A stretch of 64,000 nucleotides of DNA from positions 384,001-448,000 of the forward strand of contig CAWIXE010000001.1 of NCBI GenBank assembly GCA_963840035.1, in the 5' to 3' direction. Position 1 is the first letter of the stretch, and each line of letters opens with the position of its first letter. Source of the DNA: a candidate division FCPU426 bacterium. GTDB lineage: Bacteria > Oederibacteriota > PGYV01 > Palsa-1178. Positions 1 through 11,197 of the stretch are shown piece after piece. The translations under genes and the position numbers were made by a program. Under the pieces are notes generated by a model. That model was not told the DNA's origin, ran no database searches, and worked only from the letters and a program-made list of their open reading frames with translations.

Positions 1-1143
1 TTTTTCCGGCAGGCGTATTTCCGCTGCCGCGGCGCCCGTGCCCAGGGAAAATATCATGTCAGCCGCCATGGCTTCCATTACTATGGCGGGCATTGACGTC
101 CTGGAAAGGAGCTGTTCCGAATCAAGGGCTTTCTGAAGCATATAAAGTATCTCTTCCTTTGTGACAGCGGCTGTAAGCGATTTTAAAAATTCATATTCCA
201 CGCCTGCCGCCTCTATTGTTTCCCTGCTGTCTATTGTTTTAATAATCAGCATTGACCGCAGCGACTCCACAGTATCCTCAAGGAACCTCTTTAAGTCATA
301 TCCTTTTTCAAAAACGGATTCCATGGCTGCCATCGCGGCTTTTATATCTTTGCTCATGATTCCGGCTAAGAGCCTGTTTAAAAGATCAGTATCTATCTCT
401 CCGAGCATTTCCGCGGCCATGGCTGTCGTGATTTGTTCGCCGCGCGCGTAAGTCACTGCCTGGTCAAAAATCCTCTGGCCGTCGCGAAGCGCGCCGTCAG
501 CGGCCCTTGCCACCATGTAAAAAGCCTCTTCCTCGCATGAGACATTTTCCTTGGACGCTATCATCTTTAAATTTTCAACTATCAGGTTTACCGGCATCCT
601 CCTGAACCTGAAGTGCTGGCAGCGCGAGAGTATTGTGGCCGGTATGTTCTGCGGGTCAGTGGTGGCGAATATGAATATGACATGCTTGGGCGGCTCTTCG
701 AGCGTTTTTAAGAGCGCGTTAAAGGCTTCCTTGGTTAACATATGGACTTCGTCTATGATGTAAACTTTATACCTTGAATGCGCCGAAGCCAGGCCTATGT
801 GTTCCCGGAGTTCCCTGATTTCGTCTATGCCCCTGTTTGAGGCTCCGTCTATCTCTATTACATCCAGCGAATTTCCCTCGACAACCGCCACGCATGACGG
901 GCAAACGTTACACGGGGTTACGGTCGGCCCTTTTACGCAGTTTACGGCCTTTGCAAAGACCCTGGCCGTTGTGGTCTTGCCGACGCCCCGGGGCCCTGAA
1001 AAGAGGTAGGAATGCATGATTCTGCCCTGTTCTATGGCCCTCTGAAGGGGTTCCGTGACCTGTGTCTGGCCTATTACGTCCTCAAAAAGCTGAGGCCGCC
1101 ATTTTCTGGTATATACGAGGTACTTATTATCGTTGTCGCTCAA
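1..1143 (-). CDS. dnaX: DNA polymerase III subunit gamma/tau (runs off window start)
   Basis: Manual translation from TTG at 1143: MSDNDNKYLVYTRKWRPQLFEDVIGQ...SYLFSGPRGVGKTTTAR (Walker A); AGGAG RBS upstream. Not in the ORF track because it has no stop in the window. Confidence 0.96.
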   Translation of the reverse strand, partial: MSDNDNKYLVYTRKWRPQLFEDVIGQTQVTEPLQRAIEQGRIMHSYLFSGPRGVGKTTTARVFAKAVNCVKGPTVTPCNVCPSCVAVVEGNSLDVIEIDGASNRGIDEIRELREHIGLASAHSRYKVYIIDEVHMLTKEAFNALLKTLEEPPKHVIFIFATTDPQNIPATILSRCQHFRFRRMPVNLIVENLKMIASKENVSCEEEAFYMVARAADGALRDGQRIFDQAVTYARGEQITTAMAAEMLGEIDTDLLNRLLAGIMSKDIKAAMAAMESVFEKGYDLKRFLEDTVESLRSMLIIKTIDSRETIEAAGVEYEFLKSLTAAVTKEEILYMLQKALDSEQLLSRTSMPAIVMEAMAADMIFSLGTGAAAAEIRLPEK

Positions 1144-1173
1144 ATTATTCTCCTGTTGTTATTGTATGGTTCT

Positions 1174-1231
1174 GTAGTGGCAATTCATGAATTGCCGATC
1201 CTTCCCTGGGCGATTCGTGAATCGCCCCTAC
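1174..1231. repeat. GTAG-type REP doublet
   Basis: GTAGTGGCAATTCATGAATTGCC...GGGCGATTCGTGAATCGCCCCTAC; near-identical copy at 55180-55236. Confidence 0.85.
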
Positions 1232-1257
1232 AAAAACAATGCTCATTTTTAAATAAA

Positions 1258-1352
1258 GCCGGGTATCCGATAACTCCTTCCGGGCATCCGGTACCGTTGC
1301 TTCCTTCCGGACCTGGCGGGGTTGCGGAGCCGGCAAGCGCATCAGACCCGGC
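1258..1352 (-). ncRNA. ffs: Signal recognition particle 4.5S RNA
   Basis: Minus strand contains the SRP domain IV motif CAGGTCCGGAAGGAAGCAACGG; ends pair (GCCGGGT/ACCCGGC); ffs-dnaX adjacency is common. Confidence 0.93.
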
Positions 1353-1380
1353 CTTATTTTGTTTGTTTTGTTTTTATATT

Positions 1381-1492
1381 GTCATTGCGAGGAACCGCAT
1401 TTGTTCTATGGTGACGAAGCAATCTCTGTATTTTACCAATAGAACAGGGATTGCTTCGTCGGCATATTACTAAAACGCCTCCTCGCAATGAC
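1381..1492. repeat. RPE-like ~112 bp palindromic element, copy 1
   Basis: GTCATTGCGAGG...GACGAAGCAATC...GATTGCTTCGTC...CCTCGCAATGAC nested inverted repeats; other copies at 39906 and 42740. Confidence 0.88.
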
Positions 1493-1539
1493 AATAAGCT
1501 CCCTGAAATCATACAGTATACTTTTTATATGGTCAATGT

Positions 1540-3426
1540 TTATTTGTTTTTTGCCTTTGTTATATAGCCGAAGGCCATAAGTATCGCGGCGAAATATACC
1601 AGTGCCATGATATCCATTACCGGCGGGTTTTTGGCAAACGACGGGAATATCCACAGCAGTATTTTATCCGCCGAGCCTATTGCCGCGTATATCTTTTCTT
1701 TTGAAACCGCGTAGCGCAGCGGCGGAGCCGCCATCATGGCAAATGAAGAGACCAGCGTTACCCCGAGCATAATCATAAATGTTTTTGTCTTCTGGAATCC
1801 CATGGCGTCCATAAAGTACGCGTAAAAGACAGCCCACATCATGGCCATGGGCACCATCTGCCTGGCCGGTATCATGGAGCCTGTCCAGTCGCTCCAGAAT
1901 AAAAAGAGGCTGTAATACGGTATGGTAAAGGCAAATACCAGCAGCAGCCTGAAATTTTTCCTCTGCCACGCCAGCATGACGCCCCACAGGGATATGATGA
2001 AAAGCGGATTGTAGATAAATAGCCCGTAATTCCTGTCAAACATCATGGCAAAAAAAGACTTTATCGCGTTCCATAAATCAAAGACAAAAAAGTAAGAGGT
2101 GTTCTCGTGTATGGATTTTATCCCTGACAGGGCAAAAACCCCGAATACCGAGTAATAATAAAATACAAAAAGGCCCCCTATAATTCCAAGCGTTGCGTTA
2201 TTTGCAATTTCCGACGGGGCTTTGTATGCTTTCTTCCTCCAGGTCACGGCATAATACGCGGCGTAAAATATAAGCGACATTATGGCCAGCTTTGAGTGGA
2301 GCCAAGTCATGCATCCGATGCAGGCAAAATAAATTATTGAGGCGCCTTTGACCCTTATACCCGCCAGGTCAATCTCATAAAAACCCTCATTTTTTTCATA
2401 TATGGAATAAATATACGCCGCGCAGTACAGGATAAGTATTGCGGCGGGTATTTCCGTTAACGCGAGCGAAGAGCACATAAGCACGGGCGACGTTATGGAA
2501 AATATCATGGAGGTAAATACCGCCGCATTATTTTTAATGTTAATTTTTATAAGAAAAATAAATAACAATGCCCCGAGGAACGCGGTTAAGGCGTTCATCA
2601 GCAGCCCCACTCCCAAACGTCCGCCGGCTTTTAGAAACGGCGCCATGAGGAAGGATACTCCGGCGTTATGCGTGGAATAAAGCCCTGTGCCGCCCCTGCC
2701 TTTTGTATTATGGAGGTTCTCATATTCCAGCTCCACCGGGTAAAAACTTTTATATGTCTTTCCCGTCACATACTGGTTTTCAAGGTTTACATCCAGGTCG
2801 TCTCCCAGACTTTTGGCTATTGTCAGGTAATGCGGCTCATCACCTGTAGGGGGGTAAATCACCGTAACCCATGATGTGGTCACTGCCGTAAAAAGGAATA
2901 TTCCGAGGAATATCATTTTTGCGGTTTTTATCGCGCCGAATTTTTCCGACGCGTCATGCGTCATCTTTATAAAACGTATCATTATTGGAAAACAAAGCAG
3001 CATTATGATAACGGATATCGCTGTCAAAATAAAATAACCCGAAGCCGTGAAATGTGTAAATCCCCCGGCCGGCTTATAAACCCAGCCGAGCACTTTCAGG
3101 TCAAGTGTAGATAATCTGTCGTTTAGTTTAAAGAAAACCGGCAGTAAAAGAAACGCAAGCGACGGCAGGCCGAATATAATGGAGTTTGTTTTCATCTCGT
3201 CGTGCGGGTCGGTCCCGAAAACCTTCATGAACGCGGCTGAAATAAAAAGCCATAGTATTGAAAAAAGTATTGAATAGGAAATTATGGATAAACAAAGGCT
3301 GCCCGGGTTTATGGCTGATACCAGAAAGGCCTTATCCCCGGCCATGGACGCGGCTATGTATGCGTAAATACCTGTTATTCCGCCTGATAAGGCAGGCAGG
3401 ACCGGATACAGCGGGTTGTTTTTCAT
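1540..3426 (-). CDS. Polytopic membrane protein, GT-C/PMT-like glycosyltransferase candidate
   Basis: Many TM helices and a GDEPHY motif in the first large loop; start probably MKNNPLY (ATGA overlap with the upstream gene). Confidence 0.6.
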   Translation of the reverse strand: MKNNPLYPVLPALSGGITGIYAYIAASMAGDKAFLVSAINPGSLCLSIISYSILFSILWLFISAAFMKVFGTDPHDEMKTNSIIFGLPSLAFLLLPVFFKLNDRLSTLDLKVLGWVYKPAGGFTHFTASGYFILTAISVIIMLLCFPIMIRFIKMTHDASEKFGAIKTAKMIFLGIFLFTAVTTSWVTVIYPPTGDEPHYLTIAKSLGDDLDVNLENQYVTGKTYKSFYPVELEYENLHNTKGRGGTGLYSTHNAGVSFLMAPFLKAGGRLGVGLLMNALTAFLGALLFIFLIKINIKNNAAVFTSMIFSITSPVLMCSSLALTEIPAAILILYCAAYIYSIYEKNEGFYEIDLAGIRVKGASIIYFACIGCMTWLHSKLAIMSLIFYAAYYAVTWRKKAYKAPSEIANNATLGIIGGLFVFYYYSVFGVFALSGIKSIHENTSYFFVFDLWNAIKSFFAMMFDRNYGLFIYNPLFIISLWGVMLAWQRKNFRLLLVFAFTIPYYSLFLFWSDWTGSMIPARQMVPMAMMWAVFYAYFMDAMGFQKTKTFMIMLGVTLVSSFAMMAAPPLRYAVSKEKIYAAIGSADKILLWIFPSFAKNPPVMDIMALVYFAAILMAFGYITKAKNK

Positions 3427-4130
3427 TTTATCTTCTTCTGGTCGTCTGTTTTTTTCCTGTAATGGCTCCACGGCTTTGAGCCAAGAACATACACCCTTAC
3501 TTTTTTCCTTCCCCATTTCAGGGCTTCCTTTGTGGTGTTATAGCACAGGTCTATCCTCTTTCCTTTAATATCGCCGCCGGTGTCGCCGGCCCATGCAAAG
3601 CCGTAGCCGTCAACGTATATAAGCGAGCGCAGCGCGATTATCCTGGGGTCCACAGCCGCTATGCCGTAGCGCGTCCTCCAGCCAAGCGCGGTAATGCCCG
3701 CCCATTCCACCCCGTTTGACTCGGGGGACGGGTCATACGCCGTGGCTTCCATGTCATATGTATAATGCGCGTATGTTTCCTTAGGGACGGTGACGGGGTT
3801 TGTTTTTTTTGAATGACCCAGGACAAGCATGGCTTCAACGGGTTTTTTCAGGACGCCTGTTTCAAATATTATATTTTGCTTTACCGGTATTCCGGCAAAT
3901 GAAAAATTTTCAGTCACCGCGTTTTTATACCCGGGGGAGCCTTCCTTAACCCATACTTTCCAGCCTTCCTGAAGGAATCCGCTGTGTTTTTTCTTTATTT
4001 TATACTGGATCGACTGCCTGCCTATAGAGTATGAGGATGAGGAAAACATGGCAAACAAGGACGTACCAAGCCACAAAACCAGCATGACAGCGCAGGCAGC
4101 TGTTATAAATGACCTTTCTTTTTTTTCCAT
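3423..4130 (-). CDS. Membrane-anchored 3D-domain (MltA-like) protein with a G5-like segment
   Basis: MEATAY...AAVDPRIIAL...AGDTGGDIKGKRIDL motif; N-terminal TM. Confidence 0.88.
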   Translation of the reverse strand: MEKKERSFITAACAVMLVLWLGTSLFAMFSSSSYSIGRQSIQYKIKKKHSGFLQEGWKVWVKEGSPGYKNAVTENFSFAGIPVKQNIIFETGVLKKPVEAMLVLGHSKKTNPVTVPKETYAHYTYDMEATAYDPSPESNGVEWAGITALGWRTRYGIAAVDPRIIALRSLIYVDGYGFAWAGDTGGDIKGKRIDLCYNTTKEALKWGRKKVRVYVLGSKPWSHYRKKTDDQKKIK

Positions 4131-4139
4131 GACTTCCCC

Positions 4140-5207
4140 TTAAAAAAGCATCTTTCTTGTCTTTACCGAATATATATTAAACAATCCTGTTTTCCCTTTT
4201 ACTTCCACAGGCGGCAGCACGTCAATCTCTATCATATGTTCCATTATCTTGTATATGTCATCTGATATAAGCACCTGCCCGTTTGCCGCTTTGCTGCAGA
4301 GCCTGCTGGCAAAATTAACCGTATCTCCTATTACAGTATACTCCATGCGCTCTTCGCTGCCGATATTTCCGGCTATAACTTCGCCCCTTGCCAGCCCGAT
4401 GCCGAGCCCCAGGTTAAGGTCCGGTATCAGTTCTTTTTTCCACTTTTCCATGAGCACGGTAAACTGCGCCTGAATGTCGATGGCGGATATTATGGCCTTA
4501 TCCGGATCCGAATAATCCCTGTATTTTGCCTGTTCCTCAAAAACCGCCATAACAGCGTCACCGATATATTTATTTACCCTGCCGCCGTTCTTGTCTATCA
4601 TTTTAGTGGCCATGGAAAGGTAGTCGTTAAGTATTGATATTACCTTTGCCGGCTCATAAGTCTCGGTAAGCCTGGTAAACCCCCGCAAATCGGAAAAAAA
4701 TACTGTCATTGTCTTCTTTTTTCCGCCGATGTATATCTCGCCTATGCCCCTTCCGTCTATTTCTTTTTTCAGGTGCGGGTCGAGGTAGGTTTCCACGGTC
4801 CTGGCGAATTTGTCCTTGTCCTGCTTTACAGTAACAAAGGCCTGAATGAAAGAATCAAAAATATTAATGATGTCATGATATGTATGCTTAAAACCCATGC
4901 TTTTATGCGGCTTGAATTTTATAGGAAGGAGTTCCTTTGACCTGAGTTCCTTTACCAGGTGGGAAAGCACGTGCTTTGAAAAAACGCCGAGCATTGACAT
5001 TACGAAAAAGTAAATGAGTATCCCGAAATATACAATTCCCATCACCGAGATTGACGCTATGTCCACCCACGGCTCTATTTTCAGGAATTTGTTTATGGTG
5101 GAGGTGACAAGGCTGTTTAAAGGGACATAACCGAAAGCTATCAAAAGCCCTATTATGACGCTTGCAAGAAAGATCCCGGTTACAGGAGCCTTTGCTTTGC
5201 GTGACAT
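4140..5207 (-). CDS. Class III adenylate/guanylate cyclase with 2 TM helices
   Basis: FSDLRGFT, VNKYIGDAVMA, EYTVIGDTVNFASRL, VEVKGK. Confidence 0.92.
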   Translation of the reverse strand: MSRKAKAPVTGIFLASVIIGLLIAFGYVPLNSLVTSTINKFLKIEPWVDIASISVMGIVYFGILIYFFVMSMLGVFSKHVLSHLVKELRSKELLPIKFKPHKSMGFKHTYHDIINIFDSFIQAFVTVKQDKDKFARTVETYLDPHLKKEIDGRGIGEIYIGGKKKTMTVFFSDLRGFTRLTETYEPAKVISILNDYLSMATKMIDKNGGRVNKYIGDAVMAVFEEQAKYRDYSDPDKAIISAIDIQAQFTVLMEKWKKELIPDLNLGLGIGLARGEVIAGNIGSEERMEYTVIGDTVNFASRLCSKAANGQVLISDDIYKIMEHMIEIDVLPPVEVKGKTGLFNIYSVKTRKMLF

Positions 5208-5890
5208 GTCAGCGCTTCCTGAATAATGAATAAAGCTTCTTGATTGAGAAGCTCCTTAAAATCCCTGACCTTCATATCCGCGCCTTTGATGTCGTGGCTT
5301 GTGTCCCTGTTTATGGCCACGCACCTTATTTTGGCGTTTACCGCTGCGTCAATGCCTATCTGGGCGTCCTCAAAAACCACGCAGTTCTCCGGTTTAAGGC
5401 CGAGCCTTTTAGCGGCGGTTAAAAATATGGACGGATGCGGCTTGCCGTACTTTAAGCTCGCGCCCTCCACCTCAGCGTCAAAATAAGGGTATATGTTCAC
5501 CTTTTGAAGTATCGGCCTGGCGTTTTTACTCGATGAGGCCATGGCCAGCTTGAACCCTTTTTTCTTGAGGAGTTTTATAAAGTTGAGGGTGGATTTAAAA
5601 ACTTTTATTTTTCCGGTTTTTAAAATTTTTTCAAACTGCACCTGTTTTGCCGCGCATATCTTTTCTATCTCGGAATTAGGCAGGTCGGGCATGATGGTCT
5701 TCGCGCCTTTGGCGCGCGGCTTTCCGTCAACCTTGCTTTTAAAATCCTTAAATGTAAAATTAACGCCGTAATTTTTCAGGACAATTTCCCATGATTTGTG
5801 ATGGATGTGCGCCGTGTCGACTATTACGCCGTCCACGTCAAATATTACACCTTTAAAATCAGCTTCGCTTCCAGCATGCTTCCCGGTCAT
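5180..5890 (-). CDS. HAD-family phosphatase, beta-phosphoglucomutase-like
   Basis: IFDVDGVIVDT, ASSSKNA, GKPHP, VFEDA. Confidence 0.88.
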   Translation of the reverse strand: MTGKHAGSEADFKGVIFDVDGVIVDTAHIHHKSWEIVLKNYGVNFTFKDFKSKVDGKPRAKGAKTIMPDLPNSEIEKICAAKQVQFEKILKTGKIKVFKSTLNFIKLLKKKGFKLAMASSSKNARPILQKVNIYPYFDAEVEGASLKYGKPHPSIFLTAAKRLGLKPENCVVFEDAQIGIDAAVNAKIRCVAINRDTSHDIKGADMKVRDFKELLNQEALFIIQEALTCHAKQRLL

Positions 5891-5906
5891 TTTTACTGCC
5901 TTCCCG

Positions 5907-6569
5907 TCATACGCAGAGTTCTTTTAAGCGCTCAAGGTCTGTTATGACAAGTTTCCTGTTTTTGGCCTGAAGAAGGCCGTCGTCTTCCATTAATTTAAGA
6001 GTCCTGGTCGTGGTCTCGCGCGTTAAACCGGCTAAGTCCGCTATCTCCTGATGGGTAAATTTCGTGCTTTTTATATCATCCGCCAGGTCAAGCATGACGC
6101 TTGCTATCCTGGCCCTGGCATCGCCTAAAGCAAGGTTTTTAATGTCCCTGTCCGCCTTGGCAAGCCTCTCAGAGAGTGTCTTGATGATTTGCATGGGTAT
6201 GGATGGTTCCTGCTTGATAAGCGTCTCAAAATCTTCCTTTGAGATGCTCACCGTTATGACATCCTCAATGGCTTCCACGGTGGCCGACCTTACGTCTTTT
6301 GTGAGTATGGCCATCTCGCCGAAGCTGTCGTTTTCCCGCAGGATTGCGAGTGTCTTTGTCTTTCCGTCCTTATTATATTTTGTTATTTTAACTTTTCCCT
6401 TTTTTATAAGGTGCAGCGTTTCGCCGCTATCGCCTTCTGAAAAAACAATATCGCCCTTCCTGAACTTATTTTCCCGCGACTGCCTTGCGATAAGCGCCAG
6501 CCCTTTTGTCGATATCTCTTTGAAAAGCCTTGTTCCCTTTAAAAACGGGATAATGTCTTTAATGGCCAT
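5907..6569 (-). CDS. Crp/Fnr family cNMP-binding transcription regulator
   Basis: FGEMAIL...RSATVEA cNMP pocket; HTH THQEIADLAGLTRETTTR; start MAIKD with AAGGAG RBS. Confidence 0.92.
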   Translation of the reverse strand: MAIKDIIPFLKGTRLFKEISTKGLALIARQSRENKFRKGDIVFSEGDSGETLHLIKKGKVKITKYNKDGKTKTLAILRENDSFGEMAILTKDVRSATVEAIEDVITVSISKEDFETLIKQEPSIPMQIIKTLSERLAKADRDIKNLALGDARARIASVMLDLADDIKSTKFTHQEIADLAGLTRETTTRTLKLMEDDGLLQAKNRKLVITDLERLKELCV

Positions 6570-6640
6570 AAAGCTCCTTAACAACAAATTTTCAATTTTC
6601 TATTTTAAATTTTCTATTAAAATCAATCAGCTTCAAAGCA

Positions 6641-9511
<2,871 letters not shown>

Positions 9512-9530
<19 letters not shown>

Positions 9531-9793
9531 ATGATTTCCGTGACGGTTTCTTTCCTGAAATAATTGTTAATTTTCTTCATTAATGCCCGTTTTTTATATG
9601 TTATTTCACTCATTATAACACTATTCTCAGCGTAAATAAATAGTTTCTTTTTATCGTATTTAAAAGGCTTTGTGCCTTTTGCCAGCATGCCAGCGACCGC
9701 GTCCCATTTATCAAATATTACCCCGCCGGCGTCCTCCTTGCCTATCTCGTTTTTCTTAAGGAAACCTTCCAACAGATTTTTAATATGGTCCAT
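9512..9793 (-). CDS. DUF721 / DciA-like protein
   Basis: W..VAG..A..TKP....KL.I..ENS....EI.Y.K..L..KIN pattern; typical position near gyrB. Confidence 0.75.
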
Positions 9794-11183
9794 TTAAGCC
9801 TTTTGCGTCGACAAAAAACGGCGTATCAAAGTACAGGTTCCCTGAAAGCGTGACAAGGGGGTATAAAAAAGCCCCGTTATTCGGCAGGACACAGTTAAAT
9901 GTGCCTTCCAGTTTCAGTGAAAAGAACTTCACAGGATAGTATTCAAGGCCGATTCCGCCCTGCGCCGCCAGGCATGGCTGGTTGTTCTTTTTTGTGGTCC
10001 CGTCGCTGAACTTGAACTCTTCCGACAATATTGCAAGCCCGAGCCCTATTTTTCCATATGGTATCAGGAACGCATTTTTTTTATATCCAAAATACCCGTA
10101 GCCGCAAAAAAGCAGGTCATATATGCTTACCGAGTGCCTGTATGTGTCTCCTTCTGTCTTGGAAAGCCATACTCCGCCAAGGTCAAGGCCGAAAAGGAAG
10201 GCCCCGGTTATACTGCATGTGAAAGTGCCGTTAACACTCAAACCCAGTGCGGCGTCTTTCTGCACACGCGGCGGCGTCAGCGGCATGACGGCGTTAAACG
10301 CGCCGCCGACGCTGACCCTGGATGGCTCTTCGTCCGGCCTTTTTAAATTCAGGTAAATCTTAACCAGCGATATGAACGCGTCCGTGGGTTCCCACAGCTT
10401 GAAAGGCCCCTTGGAATACGGTTCAAAGACCACCTTACCGGCTTTTTCGTTATTCTTTTTGTCAAAGATGAATTCATTTATTCCTTTTACTTCCGAGTAT
10501 CCCCAGTAATTTTCTTTGGCATCAACATCCCAGGCCGAGTAATTTGTCAGGTTTACCTGGTTTTTGAAAAAATTATTGTTTTTTATAAGCATCTGGGCTT
10601 TTGGTATGTCCTTTAAATATACCGCGAACCTTCCGTTATTAAATGTATTTTGCTCTATGGTAAATTTCATCTCTTTTCCTTCGGCATAAACCCCGTAAGT
10701 GTCGTTATAAAAATAATTATCCTTGATAAGGGCGTTTGAAAAATGAAACAGTTCTATGCCGGTGGAATTAAGGATGTAGTTATTTGTTATTATTATGTTG
10801 CTGCCTTCACAGGATATGGCGCCTCTGATCATTATTGTAAACTCAATGGTGTTTTTGTAGCGGCTCTCGAACCTTATGCCGTCATAGAAACTCTCGCCGT
10901 CAAAAGGAAGCATTCGGACCGGATTTTTCGGATCGCCCTTGGAATAAAGCGCGCCCTTTACCAGAATTTTTGAGTCTTTTTTGAATTTTACCACAGTTCC
11001 GGGATAAATTTTCAGGAAACCTTTTTTATCAATGGTTAAGGTTCCGTCTACAATATACGGGGAATTTTTAGGGGTCCAGTTTTCCGTCTTATCTATGAGG
11101 GAAGGGGCATTCGTTTCGCCATACGCGCTGCCGCATATTAAAATTATGGCCAGGCTAAAAACTATCGCCTTGAAATTTTTCAA
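9780..11183 (-). CDS. Secreted protein with a right-handed beta-helix and a C-terminal outer-membrane beta-barrel-like domain
   Basis: Signal peptide; WT..NSPYIVDG...I.PGTVVKF and NNF/NYWG repeats; C-terminal PYGKIGLG...GGIGLEYY strands. Confidence 0.65.
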   Translation of the reverse strand: MKNFKAIVFSLAIILICGSAYGETNAPSLIDKTENWTPKNSPYIVDGTLTIDKKGFLKIYPGTVVKFKKDSKILVKGALYSKGDPKNPVRMLPFDGESFYDGIRFESRYKNTIEFTIMIRGAISCEGSNIIITNNYILNSTGIELFHFSNALIKDNYFYNDTYGVYAEGKEMKFTIEQNTFNNGRFAVYLKDIPKAQMLIKNNNFFKNQVNLTNYSAWDVDAKENYWGYSEVKGINEFIFDKKNNEKAGKVVFEPYSKGPFKLWEPTDAFISLVKIYLNLKRPDEEPSRVSVGGAFNAVMPLTPPRVQKDAALGLSVNGTFTCSITGAFLFGLDLGGVWLSKTEGDTYRHSVSIYDLLFCGYGYFGYKKNAFLIPYGKIGLGLAILSEEFKFSDGTTKKNNQPCLAAQGGIGLEYYPVKFFSLKLEGTFNCVLPNNGAFLYPLVTLSGNLYFDTPFFVDAKGLNGPY

Positions 11184-11197
11184 AACTTCACCCCTGT

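Noticed and set aside
161..1473. Plus-strand ORFs over dnaX, ffs and the repeats
   Set aside because: Antisense shadows of dnaX and translations of REP/SRP sequence
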